Origin: a bacterium
Lineage (GTDB): Bacteria; SAR324; JACQKK01
Direction of reading: 5' to 3'
Length of the DNA: 64,000 bases
Assembly: GCA_965240465.1 (NCBI GenBank)
Contig: OZ251219.1
Coordinates: 1,312,001 to 1,376,000, forward strand
Part shown: piece after piece, positions 1-8,908 of the stretch
Position numbering within the stretch: position 1 is the stretch's first letter
How the letters are laid out: each line of letters starts with the position of its first letter
Notes under the pieces: generated by a model
Told to the model about the DNA's origin: nothing
Database searches by the model: none
What the model saw: only the letters and a program-made list of their open reading frames with translations
Made by a program: the position numbers and the translations under genes

Positions 1-1383
1 GTAGTGGCGGCGTTGGTTGGTATTGGTATTTATGTAAGAATGAATTGGTTAGAGATTATATACCTAAACGGCTCATTATTGGGTCTTGGATCAGTGGCTT
101 TTGTTTTTTTGTGGCGGGCAACAAATAAAGATAAAGATGAAGAACTTGAAAAGGTACTTCAACAGAATATAGAAAATTTAGTAGCTGATAAAATACAGCA
201 ACGATCTAGTAAAATAGAGCGTAGCGATAGCGATGATTTTAAGGGAGATAAGCCACAACAAGCAGATACTCTTCTGAAATTAGGGGGTACTGAATTTTTA
301 TCTGGTAATTTAACAAAAGCCAAGCCATACCTTGAAGAAGCCTTGGGCTTGTATCAGAAAGTCAGCGATCGTTTGGGTAAGGCAAATGCCTTGCTTATCC
401 TTGGTGACTTGGCGGTAAGGGTAGGAGATCCAAAAGCCAAGGAACACCTTGAAAAAGCCCTAGGCTTATTTCAGCAATTAGAAACCCCCTTGGGTGAGGC
501 AAACGCTTTACTTCGCCTTGGTGAATTGGCGGAAATAGAAGGATACAATCAAAAAGCCAAGCAACACATTAAAGAAGCCTTGGGCTTATTTCAGCAAGTC
601 AGAGATCGTTTGGGTGAGGCAAATTCCATGCAAAGCCTTGGTAAATTGGCGATAAAGGTAGGGGAATATCCAGATGCCAAGGAATACCTTGAAAAAGCCT
701 TGAACTTATTTCAGCAAGTCAGAGATCGTTTGGGTGAGGCAAATTCCATGCAAAGTCTTGGTGACTTGGCGAAAAGGATAGAGGAATATCCGAAGGCCAA
801 GGAATACCTTGAAGAAGCCTTGGGCTTATTTCAGCAATTAAAACACTCCTTGGGTGAGGCAAATTCCATGCAAAGCCTTGGTGATTTGGCGATGAGGGAA
901 GGAGACAATCAAAAAGCCAAGCAATACTTTGAAGAAGCCCTAGTTTTATGTCGGCAAATCAAATATCGCTTGGGTGAGGCAAACGCCTTGTTTAACCTTG
1001 GTGATTTGGCGATGAGGAAAGAGGAATATTCAGATGCCAAGCAATACCTTGAAGAATCCCTAGTTTTATGTCGGCAAATCAAATATCGCTTGGGTGAAGC
1101 AAATTCCACGCAAAGCCTTGGTGGTTTGGCGATTGTTGAAGAAGATTATAAAAATGCCAAGCAATACCTTGAAAAAGCCTTGGCCTTGTATCAGCAATTA
1201 AAAACCCCCTTGGGTGAGGCAAGAACCTTGTCCGTCCTTGGTGTGTTAGCGATGAGGGAAGGAGACAAATTAATAGACAAGCTAACAGCCAAGAAATACC
1301 TTGAAGAAGCCCTAAAATTATTCAAAGAAATTGGCATTTCATCTGGGGTAAAGCAAGTAGAGGACGTGCTTAAAGATTTATAA
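1..1383 (+). CDS. Membrane-anchored tetratricopeptide-repeat protein (5' end outside window)
   Basis: N-terminal hydrophobic segments, then ~9 40-aa TPR-like repeats (LGEANxxxxLGxLA...AKxYLEEALxL). Paralog of 4229-6049; alignment to it suggests ~45 codons lie upstream of base 1. Confidence 0.85.
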   Translation, partial: VVAALVGIGIYVRMNWLEIIYLNGSLLGLGSVAFVFLWRATNKDKDEELEKVLQQNIENLVADKIQQRSSKIERSDSDDFKGDKPQQADTLLKLGGTEFLSGNLTKAKPYLEEALGLYQKVSDRLGKANALLILGDLAVRVGDPKAKEHLEKALGLFQQLETPLGEANALLRLGELAEIEGYNQKAKQHIKEALGLFQQVRDRLGEANSMQSLGKLAIKVGEYPDAKEYLEKALNLFQQVRDRLGEANSMQSLGDLAKRIEEYPKAKEYLEEALGLFQQLKHSLGEANSMQSLGDLAMREGDNQKAKQYFEEALVLCRQIKYRLGEANALFNLGDLAMRKEEYSDAKQYLEESLVLCRQIKYRLGEANSTQSLGGLAIVEEDYKNAKQYLEKALALYQQLKTPLGEARTLSVLGVLAMREGDKLIDKLTAKKYLEEALKLFKEIGISSGVKQVEDVLKDL

Positions 1384-1410
1384 CCCCCCCCTTGAGATTT
1401 GGTAATAGCG

Positions 1411-1971
1411 ATGAATAAAAAAGAAAAGCAAGAAATTGAGGTTCAGGCAAGCACCTTGTTTGAACATGGTAAGTTGGCGATGAAGGAAGGAGAATATCCA
1501 AAAGCTAAGCAATGCCTTGAAGAAGCCCTAGCCTTGTTTAAGCAAATTAATGGTATTAAGGGTCAGGCAGATATCTTGGGTGGCCTTAGTGACTTGGCGA
1601 GGAAGGAGGGGGAATGTCCAATAGCTGAACAACACCTTGAAAAAGCCTTGGGCTTGTATCAGCAAGTCAGAGATCGCTTGGGTGAGGCACACACCTTGAT
1701 TAACCTTGGTATCTTGGCAACGGAATCAGGAGAATATCAAAAAGCCAAGCAATACCTTGAAAAAGCCCTAGACTTATATAAGCAATTAAAAGAGCCCTTC
1801 TACGAGGCAAGCTCCTTACTTTTCCTTGGTGACTTGGCGAAGAATGAAGGATACAAATTAATAGACAAGAAAACAGCCGAGAAATACCTTGAAGAAGCCC
1901 TAAAATTATTCAAAGAAATAGGCATCTCAGATATGGTAAAGCACATAGAGCAATTGATTGAAGATTTATAA
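1411..1971 (+). CDS. Small soluble TPR-repeat protein
   Basis: ATG at 1411, ~4 TPR-like repeats; first ~45 aa identical to 6078-6650. Confidence 0.85.
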   Translation: MNKKEKQEIEVQASTLFEHGKLAMKEGEYPKAKQCLEEALALFKQINGIKGQADILGGLSDLARKEGECPIAEQHLEKALGLYQQVRDRLGEAHTLINLGILATESGEYQKAKQYLEKALDLYKQLKEPFYEASSLLFLGDLAKNEGYKLIDKKTAEKYLEEALKLFKEIGISDMVKHIEQLIEDL

Positions 1972-2010
1972 CCCCCCATCCCCCACCTTTTGCCTAGCGT
2001 AGCTATCCCT
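1960..2010. repeat. ~50-bp direct repeat, left copy flanking the methyltransferase
   Basis: gaagatttataaccccccatcccccaccttttgcctagcgtagctatccct; near-identical copies at 3558-3606 and 6643-6690. Confidence 0.9.
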
Positions 2011-3528
2011 ATGAATACCGACAACCAATTACTATATGGCGATTGCCTGGATATTATGAATAAGATGTGTCCCAATTCTGTTGATTTGGTGTATCTTGAT
2101 CCTCCTTTTAACAGCAGCAGGTCTTACAATCTGTTATACAAAAACGCAACAGGAATGCCTATACCAGAACAAATTGAGGCTTTTTGTGATGCGTGGGATA
2201 TGGACGAAGAAAAAGACCGTTTCATAAGAAAAATGCCTTTAATAGTAAGTGAATATGGTATAGATACTAACACAGCAATTTTTTGGCAAACATGGATGAA
2301 AGCATTAAGGGATGTGCAACCCAAATTGCTAGCATATCTTGTTTATATGATGCAAAGATTACTGCAAATAAGAGCGGTATTAAGCCCAACAGGTAGTGTT
2401 TATTTACATTGTGACCCGACAGCCAGCCACTACATCAAGGTGATAATGGACGGTATATTTGGGCATCATAATTTCAGAAATGAGATAATATGGTGCTATG
2501 ACAGATGGGACGCTCTTTCTAGGGATTTTCAAAGAATGCATGATGTTGTATTAAGGTATTCAAAAAGTAAGGAATTCTATTTTAACAAATTAACAGAAAT
2601 AGATAGTCGTAGAGAAAAAACTTTGGAAAGAGGATACACTACCAATCTGTTAAAAAATGGAACAAGACAACTTATCGTTTATAAAGGAAACGAGAATCGT
2701 CCAAATATAAAAAAACTAATGGAAAAAGAGAAGTTTGATAAAATCATCATTAAAGATGTAGAAGGAAGACCGTTAAAAGATTACTGGATAATAAATATCA
2801 TTCATCCAAAAGCAAAAGAAAGATTGGGTTATCCAACACAAAAACCACTCCCTTTATTGGAACGTATCATCAGATCGTCCAGCAAAGAAGGTGATACCGT
2901 ATTTGATCCATTTTGCGGTTGTGGTACAAGCCTGTATGCATCCCATCTTCTTAAAAGGCGGTGGATAGGTTGTGATATTGCTTTACATGCTCACAACTTA
3001 ATAAAAGGCGTCTTACAAAAGAGATATGGATTGAATGAAGGTACTGATTATGTTGTTAGCGGTGTTCCAAAAACACCAGAACAAGCAGACGAATTGTTTG
3101 CCAATAGTCCCTTGCACTTTCAAAATTGGGTGGTAGAAAGCCTGTGTCATGGGTTTAGAGATACTAAGTACTCAGGGGATAGAGGTATTGACGGAAGGTT
3201 GTATTTTGAGGTTGGCGATGATTTAAAAAACATGGTTGTCTCTGTGAAAGGTGGTAAAAATGTTGGTCCTGTAGCTGTAAGGGAATTACAAGGAACCGTT
3301 AATACCACCACAAACTCCGAGATAGGTGCTCTGGTGGTAAGATTTCCGCCAACAAAACAAATGCTAAGCGATGCTTTATCTTCTGGTGTGTGGGAACACA
3401 AAGGAAAGGAATACCAACGAACACAAATACGTACTGTTCAGGAACTGATGGGTGGAAAACACTTTGATACACCACATTTTGTAGAAATTTTGCATAAAAA
3501 TAAACAAGGCGAAATGGCTGTTATTTGA
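2011..3528 (+). CDS. N6-adenine/N4-cytosine DNA methyltransferase (beta class) with C-terminal Mrr-like endonuclease domain
   Basis: DLVYLDPPF (motif IV), YPTQKP, DPFCGCGT (motif I). C-terminal GDRGIDG...VSVKGG...VRELQG resembles Mrr-cat PD-(D/E)xK domains. Confidence 0.85.
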   Translation: MNTDNQLLYGDCLDIMNKMCPNSVDLVYLDPPFNSSRSYNLLYKNATGMPIPEQIEAFCDAWDMDEEKDRFIRKMPLIVSEYGIDTNTAIFWQTWMKALRDVQPKLLAYLVYMMQRLLQIRAVLSPTGSVYLHCDPTASHYIKVIMDGIFGHHNFRNEIIWCYDRWDALSRDFQRMHDVVLRYSKSKEFYFNKLTEIDSRREKTLERGYTTNLLKNGTRQLIVYKGNENRPNIKKLMEKEKFDKIIIKDVEGRPLKDYWIINIIHPKAKERLGYPTQKPLPLLERIIRSSSKEGDTVFDPFCGCGTSLYASHLLKRRWIGCDIALHAHNLIKGVLQKRYGLNEGTDYVVSGVPKTPEQADELFANSPLHFQNWVVESLCHGFRDTKYSGDRGIDGRLYFEVGDDLKNMVVSVKGGKNVGPVAVRELQGTVNTTTNSEIGALVVRFPPTKQMLSDALSSGVWEHKGKEYQRTQIRTVQELMGGKHFDTPHFVEILHKNKQGEMAVI

Positions 3529-3557
3529 TGTTTCTAAGCCCTAAAAGTGAACATTCC

Positions 3558-3606
3558 GAAGATTTATAACCTCCCATCCCCCCTTTTGCCTAGCGTAGCC
3601 ATCCCT
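3558..3606. repeat. ~50-bp direct repeat, right copy flanking the methyltransferase
   Basis: gaagatttataacctcccatccccccttttgcctagcgtagccatccct. Confidence 0.9.
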
Positions 3607-3954
3607 TACTCTGAGCGAGTGAGCTTATCAGCTTCGTTCTGCAGCTCTTCCAGCTCCTCCTGCCAGCCAGATGCAAGAATCGGAAACCGACACCAAGTAC
3701 GAGGGTCAAGATTGTAGTCATCCACATGAAGAGACGGTGCTAAGCGTTCGCGTTTCCATTGTGAACCCCCCCAAAGCCGAAAGAATTTTGCTATCTGTTC
3801 TGCGAGCAGTCGCGGACTAACCGATAATCTGGGCCGAACCCGTAAGTACTGCCATATCTGCAAGGGAGACATGCGATTACCTATCGCTGCTTGTAAGATG
3901 TCATCCAGTAGCGAGTACGGCATGAGGTCGTTTTCGTCTTTTTGTGCTTGCGTC
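3606..3954 (-). pseudogene. nadE: Duplicated 3' fragment of nadE
   Basis: Nearly identical to 6689-7037 (offset 3083); encodes only the last ~115 aa. Confidence 0.93.
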
Positions 3955-4134
3955 CCTAAAATCCCGACCGCCTGGACCGAACAACTCTGTCCAAACGGAA
4001 GACTGCTCGCACCAGTCGGAAACACACACTCTCAACAACTTTGGCTCTTGAAAAAAATGCCCGATGGAAGCATCAAACACAAAATACTCACCGAAGTTAA
4101 ATTCGTACCGCTGATTTCCCCAACTGAACTATAA
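3952..4134 (+). pseudogene. pcm: 3' fragment of protein-L-isoaspartate O-methyltransferase
   Basis: VPKIPTAWTEQLCPNGRLLAPVG...KILTEVKFVPLI matches the PIMT C-terminal pattern (P..L..QL..GGRL..PVG ... V.FVPL); no start codon or SAM-binding motif. Confidence 0.7.
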
Positions 4135-4163
4135 AAAGCGGGGGCGGGGGGCTGGCGAGCATC

Positions 4164-4192
4164 TTGACAAAGGATAGGGCTAGGCATACTTT
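4164..4192 (+). promoter_or_regulatory. Sigma70-type promoter for the TPR pair
   Basis: TTGACA-17 bp-TACTTT; AGGAG SD at 4218-4222 before ATG 4229. Confidence 0.55.
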
Positions 4193-4228
4193 GTTTGTTA
4201 GGTGACTGTATTACCTCAGGAGAACAGC

Positions 4229-6049
4229 ATGGCAGAAGATAGAAGAAAGCAAGACAGCGGGGTAGAGGACAGCAACAATGTGGTAGATGCTACATATAGA
4301 AAACTTCGTGATGTTTTGTTTGGGGCAGCAGAAAAACCCAGAATCTTTGCTGTGGTAGTTTTTATCGCAGTGGCGGCGTTAGCTGCTTTTGGTGTTTCTG
4401 GAAATTGGGAGTTGGATGAGGTTCTATTGGTAGGTGTCGCATTATTGGGTGTTGGTTTGGTGATGTGTATTTTGTTGTGGTTGTTAAAAGATAAAGATAC
4501 TAGAAAGGATCTTAGGCAGAAGCTAGCAAAATTGTTAGAAACTCAAAAGGGAATAGATAAGGAAATACAAGAATTATTGAACCGAGGGATAAGCCATTAT
4601 GAAAGCCCCGAACTTAAGCTTGCCAAAAGTAGCCTTGAATTAATTCTTTTTCTGTTTGAAGAATTGGAAAATAAACCACAACAAATAGCAGATACTCTTT
4701 TGCAACTAGGGAGTCTTGAATTTTTATCTGGTAATTTCACAACAGCCAAGAAATACCTTGAAAAAGCCCTAGGCTTATTTAATAAAATCGGAGATCGTTC
4801 AAGTAAGGCAAACGCCTTGATTAACCTTGGTGACTTGGCGGTAAGGGTAGGAGATCCAAAAGCCAAGCAACGCCTTGAAAAAGCCTTGGTATTGTATCAG
4901 CAATTAAAAACCCCCTTGGGTGAGGCAAACGCCCTGCGTAGCCTTGGTAAATTGGCGATGAATGTAGGGGAGTATCCAGATGCCAAGCAATACCTTAAAG
5001 AAGCATTAGGCTTATATCAGCAATTAGAAAGCCCCTTGGGTAAGGCACATGCCTTGTCTAACCTTGGTGACTTGGCGATGAGAGAAGGAGAATATCCAGA
5101 TGCCAAGCAACACCTTACAAAAGCCTTGGGCTTGTATCAGCAAATCAGCGATCGTTTGGGTGAAGCAAACGCCTTGACTTACCTTGGTGACTTGGCGATG
5201 AGGAAAGGGGAATATCCAGACGCCAAGCAATACCTTGAAAAAGCCTTGGGCTTGTATCAGCAAGTCAGAGATCGTTTGGGTGAGGCAAACGTCTTGACTT
5301 GCCTCGGTGACTTGGCGATAAAGGTAGGGGAATATCCAGACGCCAAGCAATACCTTGAAGAATCCCTAGTTTCATGTCGGAAAATCAAATATCGCTTGGG
5401 TGAAGCAAATTCCACGAAAAGCCTTGGTGACTTGGCGATGCTTGGAGGAGACAATCAAAAAGCTAAGGATTACTCTGAAAAAGCCCTATTTTTACATCAG
5501 CAATTAAAAGACCCCTTGGGTGAGGCAAACGCCTTGCTTAGCCTTGGTAACTTGGCAAAACTAGAAGGAGAATATCCAAATGCCAAGCAATACCTTGAAA
5601 AAGCCCTAATCTTATATAAGCAATTAAAAGACCCCTTGGGTCAGGCAAACGCCTTGTTTAGCCTTGGTGAATTGGCGATGCTGGTAGGAGAATATCCAAA
5701 AGCCAAGGAATACCTTGAAAAAGCCCTAATCTTATATAAGCAATTAGAAGACTTCTCGAGTGAAGCAAACGCTCTGACTTGCCTTGGTGAATTGATGACG
5801 AATGTAGGAGAATATCCAAAAGCCAAGCAATACCTTGAAGAAGCCCTGGTTTTAAGTCGGAAAATCAAATATCGCTTGGGTGAGGCAAACGCCTTACTTC
5901 GCCTTGGTGAATTGGCGAAGAAGGAAGAATACGAATTAATAGGCAAGCCAACAGCCGAGCGATACCTTAAAGAAGCCCTAGCTATATACAAAGAAATGGG
6001 CATGTCAGATATGGTAAAGCACGCAGAGGACTTGCTTAAAGATTTATAA
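4229..6049 (+). CDS. Membrane-anchored TPR-repeat protein
   Basis: Two N-terminal TM helices, ~11-12 TPR-like repeats (120-bp DNA unit), SD before ATG. Confidence 0.9.
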   Translation: MAEDRRKQDSGVEDSNNVVDATYRKLRDVLFGAAEKPRIFAVVVFIAVAALAAFGVSGNWELDEVLLVGVALLGVGLVMCILLWLLKDKDTRKDLRQKLAKLLETQKGIDKEIQELLNRGISHYESPELKLAKSSLELILFLFEELENKPQQIADTLLQLGSLEFLSGNFTTAKKYLEKALGLFNKIGDRSSKANALINLGDLAVRVGDPKAKQRLEKALVLYQQLKTPLGEANALRSLGKLAMNVGEYPDAKQYLKEALGLYQQLESPLGKAHALSNLGDLAMREGEYPDAKQHLTKALGLYQQISDRLGEANALTYLGDLAMRKGEYPDAKQYLEKALGLYQQVRDRLGEANVLTCLGDLAIKVGEYPDAKQYLEESLVSCRKIKYRLGEANSTKSLGDLAMLGGDNQKAKDYSEKALFLHQQLKDPLGEANALLSLGNLAKLEGEYPNAKQYLEKALILYKQLKDPLGQANALFSLGELAMLVGEYPKAKEYLEKALILYKQLEDFSSEANALTCLGELMTNVGEYPKAKQYLEEALVLSRKIKYRLGEANALLRLGELAKKEEYELIGKPTAERYLKEALAIYKEMGMSDMVKHAEDLLKDL

Positions 6050-6077
6050 ACCCCCCCTTTGAGACTTGGTAATAGCG

Positions 6078-6650
6078 ATGAATAAAAAAGAAAAGCAAGA
6101 AATTGAGGTTCAGGCAAGCACCTTGTTTGAACATGGTAAGTTGGCGATGAAGGAAGGAGAATATCCAAAAGCTAAGCAATGCCTTGAAGAAGCCCTAGCC
6201 TTGTTTAAGCAAATTAAGGATATTCATGGTGAGGCAACCACCTTGATTAGTCTTGGTTACTGTGAGTTGAGGGAAGGAAGCATAACAAAATCCAGGCAAT
6301 ACTCTGAAGAAGCCCTGGGCTTATTTAGGCAATTAGAAGACTATTCTAATGAAGCATACGCCGTGACTTTCCTTGGTGAATTGGCGATGAGGAAAGAATA
6401 CAAATTAATAGACAAGCTAACAGCCAAGCAATACCTTGAAGACTCCCTAGTTTTAAGTCGGCAAATCAAATATCGCTTGGGTGAGGCAGACGCCTTATTT
6501 TTACTTGGTGTCTTGGCGAAGAAGGAAGGATACAAATTAATAGACAAGCAAACAGCCGAGAAATACCTTAAAGAAGCCCGAGAATTATTCAAAGAAATAG
6601 GCATGTCAGATAGGGTAAAGCTCGTAGAGGACTTGCTTAGAAATTTATAA
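6078..6650 (+). CDS. Small soluble TPR-repeat protein
   Basis: Paralog of 1411-1971. Confidence 0.85.
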   Translation: MNKKEKQEIEVQASTLFEHGKLAMKEGEYPKAKQCLEEALALFKQIKDIHGEATTLISLGYCELREGSITKSRQYSEEALGLFRQLEDYSNEAYAVTFLGELAMRKEYKLIDKLTAKQYLEDSLVLSRQIKYRLGEADALFLLGVLAKKEGYKLIDKQTAEKYLKEARELFKEIGMSDRVKLVEDLLRNL

Positions 6651-6688
6651 CCCCCCATCCCCCCCCTTTTGCCTAGCGTAGCCACCCC

Positions 6689-8812
6689 CTACTCTGAGCG
6701 AGTGAGCTTATCAGCTTCGTTCTGCAGCTCTTCCAGTTCCTCCTGCCAGCCAGATGCAAGAATCGGAAACCGACACCAAGTACGAGGGTCAAGATTGTAG
6801 TCATCCACATGAAGAGACGGTGCTAAGCGTTCGCGTTTCCATTGTGAACCCCCCCAAAGCCGAAAGAATTTTGCTATCTGTTCTGCGAGCAGTCGCGGAC
6901 TAACCGATAATCTGGGCCGAACCCGTAAGTACTGCCATATCTGCAAGGGAGACATGCGATTACCTATCGCTGCTTGTAAGATGTCATCCAGTAGCGAGTA
7001 CGGCATGAGGTCGTTTTCGTCTTTTTGTGCTTGCGTCAAGGGACGGAGTTCAGCGGTGGGTGCTTGATTATTGAGGGCTGCTAAAGTTCTGCCCTGTGCC
7101 GAGGGCTTGCTGGGTTTGAAGGGAGGAGAAGTTTCCATCCATTTTAGCCATTGTCGTAGGAAGGTTTTGCTGGCACCTGCGATAGGAGCAAAACCGCAGC
7201 TGGTATCGCCATCGGTGGTGGTGTATCCGACTGCGAGTTCGCTGCGGTTGGAGGTTCCGAGCAGTAGGAAGTTCTTTATATTGGCGATCATCCAGATGCT
7301 CGGGGAGCGTACTCGGGCTTGGATGTTTTGTCGGGCGAGGTCGTCATTTTTCCAGCTGAGTTGGTACTGAAGGGCTTCTTCCACCATGGATTCATATGCA
7401 GCTACCATCGGTTGAGTGTTTAGTTCCAGATGGCAGGCCCCGATATCATCAGCGAGTTCACGTGCTATTTGGCGTGTATTTTCAGAAGAGTTAGCACTGG
7501 CTTGATAGACGGTGAGCAAAAGTTTTCTGGTTAGGGTTCGGATGTCGTTTTCAGATATCGGGGTGCTGGCGGAGGTCGGGAGTGCATGATCCAGTCCTTT
7601 TACATGAGGGAGGGTTTTTTTAATACCTGTTGGTCCTAGTTCTTGGAGTGCGAACCTAATCATTGCAGAGCATAGCATCGCCACCGAGGAGGAATCAGCT
7701 CCGCCGCTGAGGGAGATTAAACAGCCTTGGGTGCGGCTTTTGCGTAGATAATCCCAGATACCCAACGAGACGGCTTGCAGGAATTCTTCTTCTGGCGATA
7801 AATTCACCGCTTGCTTAGCTGCAACGAGTACATTATGGGCTTCATCTAGTTTTGCATGGTGCATATCGGATGGAGGGGCGGGCGGAGAGGGAGCAGGCAG
7901 ATGAGCTGGCGGGGCAACAGATACCATCAGTTTGTGTTTTTGGTTGTAGCGGGGGAGGGGTTTTGCTAGTTGGCGGAGTTTAACATCAACGCATGAGAGG
8001 TGTATAGGATGATAAGAAAAACGAGGGAGTTCAGCCAGCATAGTTCCTTGTGATGCGATCATAACTGAGCCATCGTAGAGGATGTTGCCTGCTTCATTAC
8101 CCAATAGATTGCAGTAGATGTAGATTGCTTGGGCTTGGCGAGACCCCTCCAGCACGAGGTTACGCATGGTTTCATATTTACCGAGTGCAAAGTGACTAGC
8201 ACTAGGATTAATAAGTACATCTAGTTTAGTTCCTCCATCCAGTTGCCGATTTTTACCGGTCCAGGCTTCTTCGCAGATTTCGAATCCTAATCGCAGGTCG
8301 CCTATTTGATAGCTTAGATCGCCAATGGGAATGTTTTTCAGCGGAGTTTCAAGCGAAGTTTCAAGCGGAGTTTCAAGGTTCTCACGCAGCCCCCTACGCC
8401 AAGCCGAGAACCACCTTGGCTCATAATGAACTCCATAACCAGCTAGGGTTCGTTTGGCATTCAAGCCTACCAAGTGTCCGTCCACCAACAGAGCCACCGC
8501 GTTGTACCGACTACCCTCATAGCTTATCGGCAGTCCCACTGTGACTATCAATTGCTGGCTGTGAGGAATTATTTCAAGTAGGCTCTCCCAAGCCGACTGA
8601 ATCACTGCTTGACCGTAAAAGGCATCCTCGCAGCCGTAGCCAGAAATACACAACTCTGGCAAACAGAGCAAATGCACGCCCCTCCTACGAGAGGCAGCCA
8701 TCGCAGACAGGATAGTCCGACGATTGCCCTTCCAGTCCAGGGGCGTCTGATTGAGGGCAGCCCCAGCTACCTTCAATTCGCGTGCTGTTGAGGAGCTCAA
8801 GAACGGATTCAT
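6689..8812 (-). CDS. nadE: Glutamine-dependent NAD+ synthetase
   Basis: Nitrilase-like domain (LPELCISGY, FEICEE) plus synthetase domain (SLSGGADSS, QNIQARVR, PTAELRP). Confidence 0.96.
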   Translation of the reverse strand: MNPFLSSSTARELKVAGAALNQTPLDWKGNRRTILSAMAASRRRGVHLLCLPELCISGYGCEDAFYGQAVIQSAWESLLEIIPHSQQLIVTVGLPISYEGSRYNAVALLVDGHLVGLNAKRTLAGYGVHYEPRWFSAWRRGLRENLETPLETSLETPLKNIPIGDLSYQIGDLRLGFEICEEAWTGKNRQLDGGTKLDVLINPSASHFALGKYETMRNLVLEGSRQAQAIYIYCNLLGNEAGNILYDGSVMIASQGTMLAELPRFSYHPIHLSCVDVKLRQLAKPLPRYNQKHKLMVSVAPPAHLPAPSPPAPPSDMHHAKLDEAHNVLVAAKQAVNLSPEEEFLQAVSLGIWDYLRKSRTQGCLISLSGGADSSSVAMLCSAMIRFALQELGPTGIKKTLPHVKGLDHALPTSASTPISENDIRTLTRKLLLTVYQASANSSENTRQIARELADDIGACHLELNTQPMVAAYESMVEEALQYQLSWKNDDLARQNIQARVRSPSIWMIANIKNFLLLGTSNRSELAVGYTTTDGDTSCGFAPIAGASKTFLRQWLKWMETSPPFKPSKPSAQGRTLAALNNQAPTAELRPLTQAQKDENDLMPYSLLDDILQAAIGNRMSPLQIWQYLRVRPRLSVSPRLLAEQIAKFFRLWGGSQWKRERLAPSLHVDDYNLDPRTWCRFPILASGWQEELEELQNEADKLTRSE

Positions 8813-8908
8813 CACTGGCGATCGCCCCCTCCCCCCCCCTTGTGCTTATTAGTGCTTATTAGGTGCTTATATCGGGTGGTTATTAGGGGTTATGCGAGAA
8901 TGAGCAGA

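Noticed and set aside
3606-4134. ORFs 3606-4025 (-) and 3871-4134 (+) as real genes
   Set aside because: Both are chimeric read-throughs across the nadE/pcm duplication junction.
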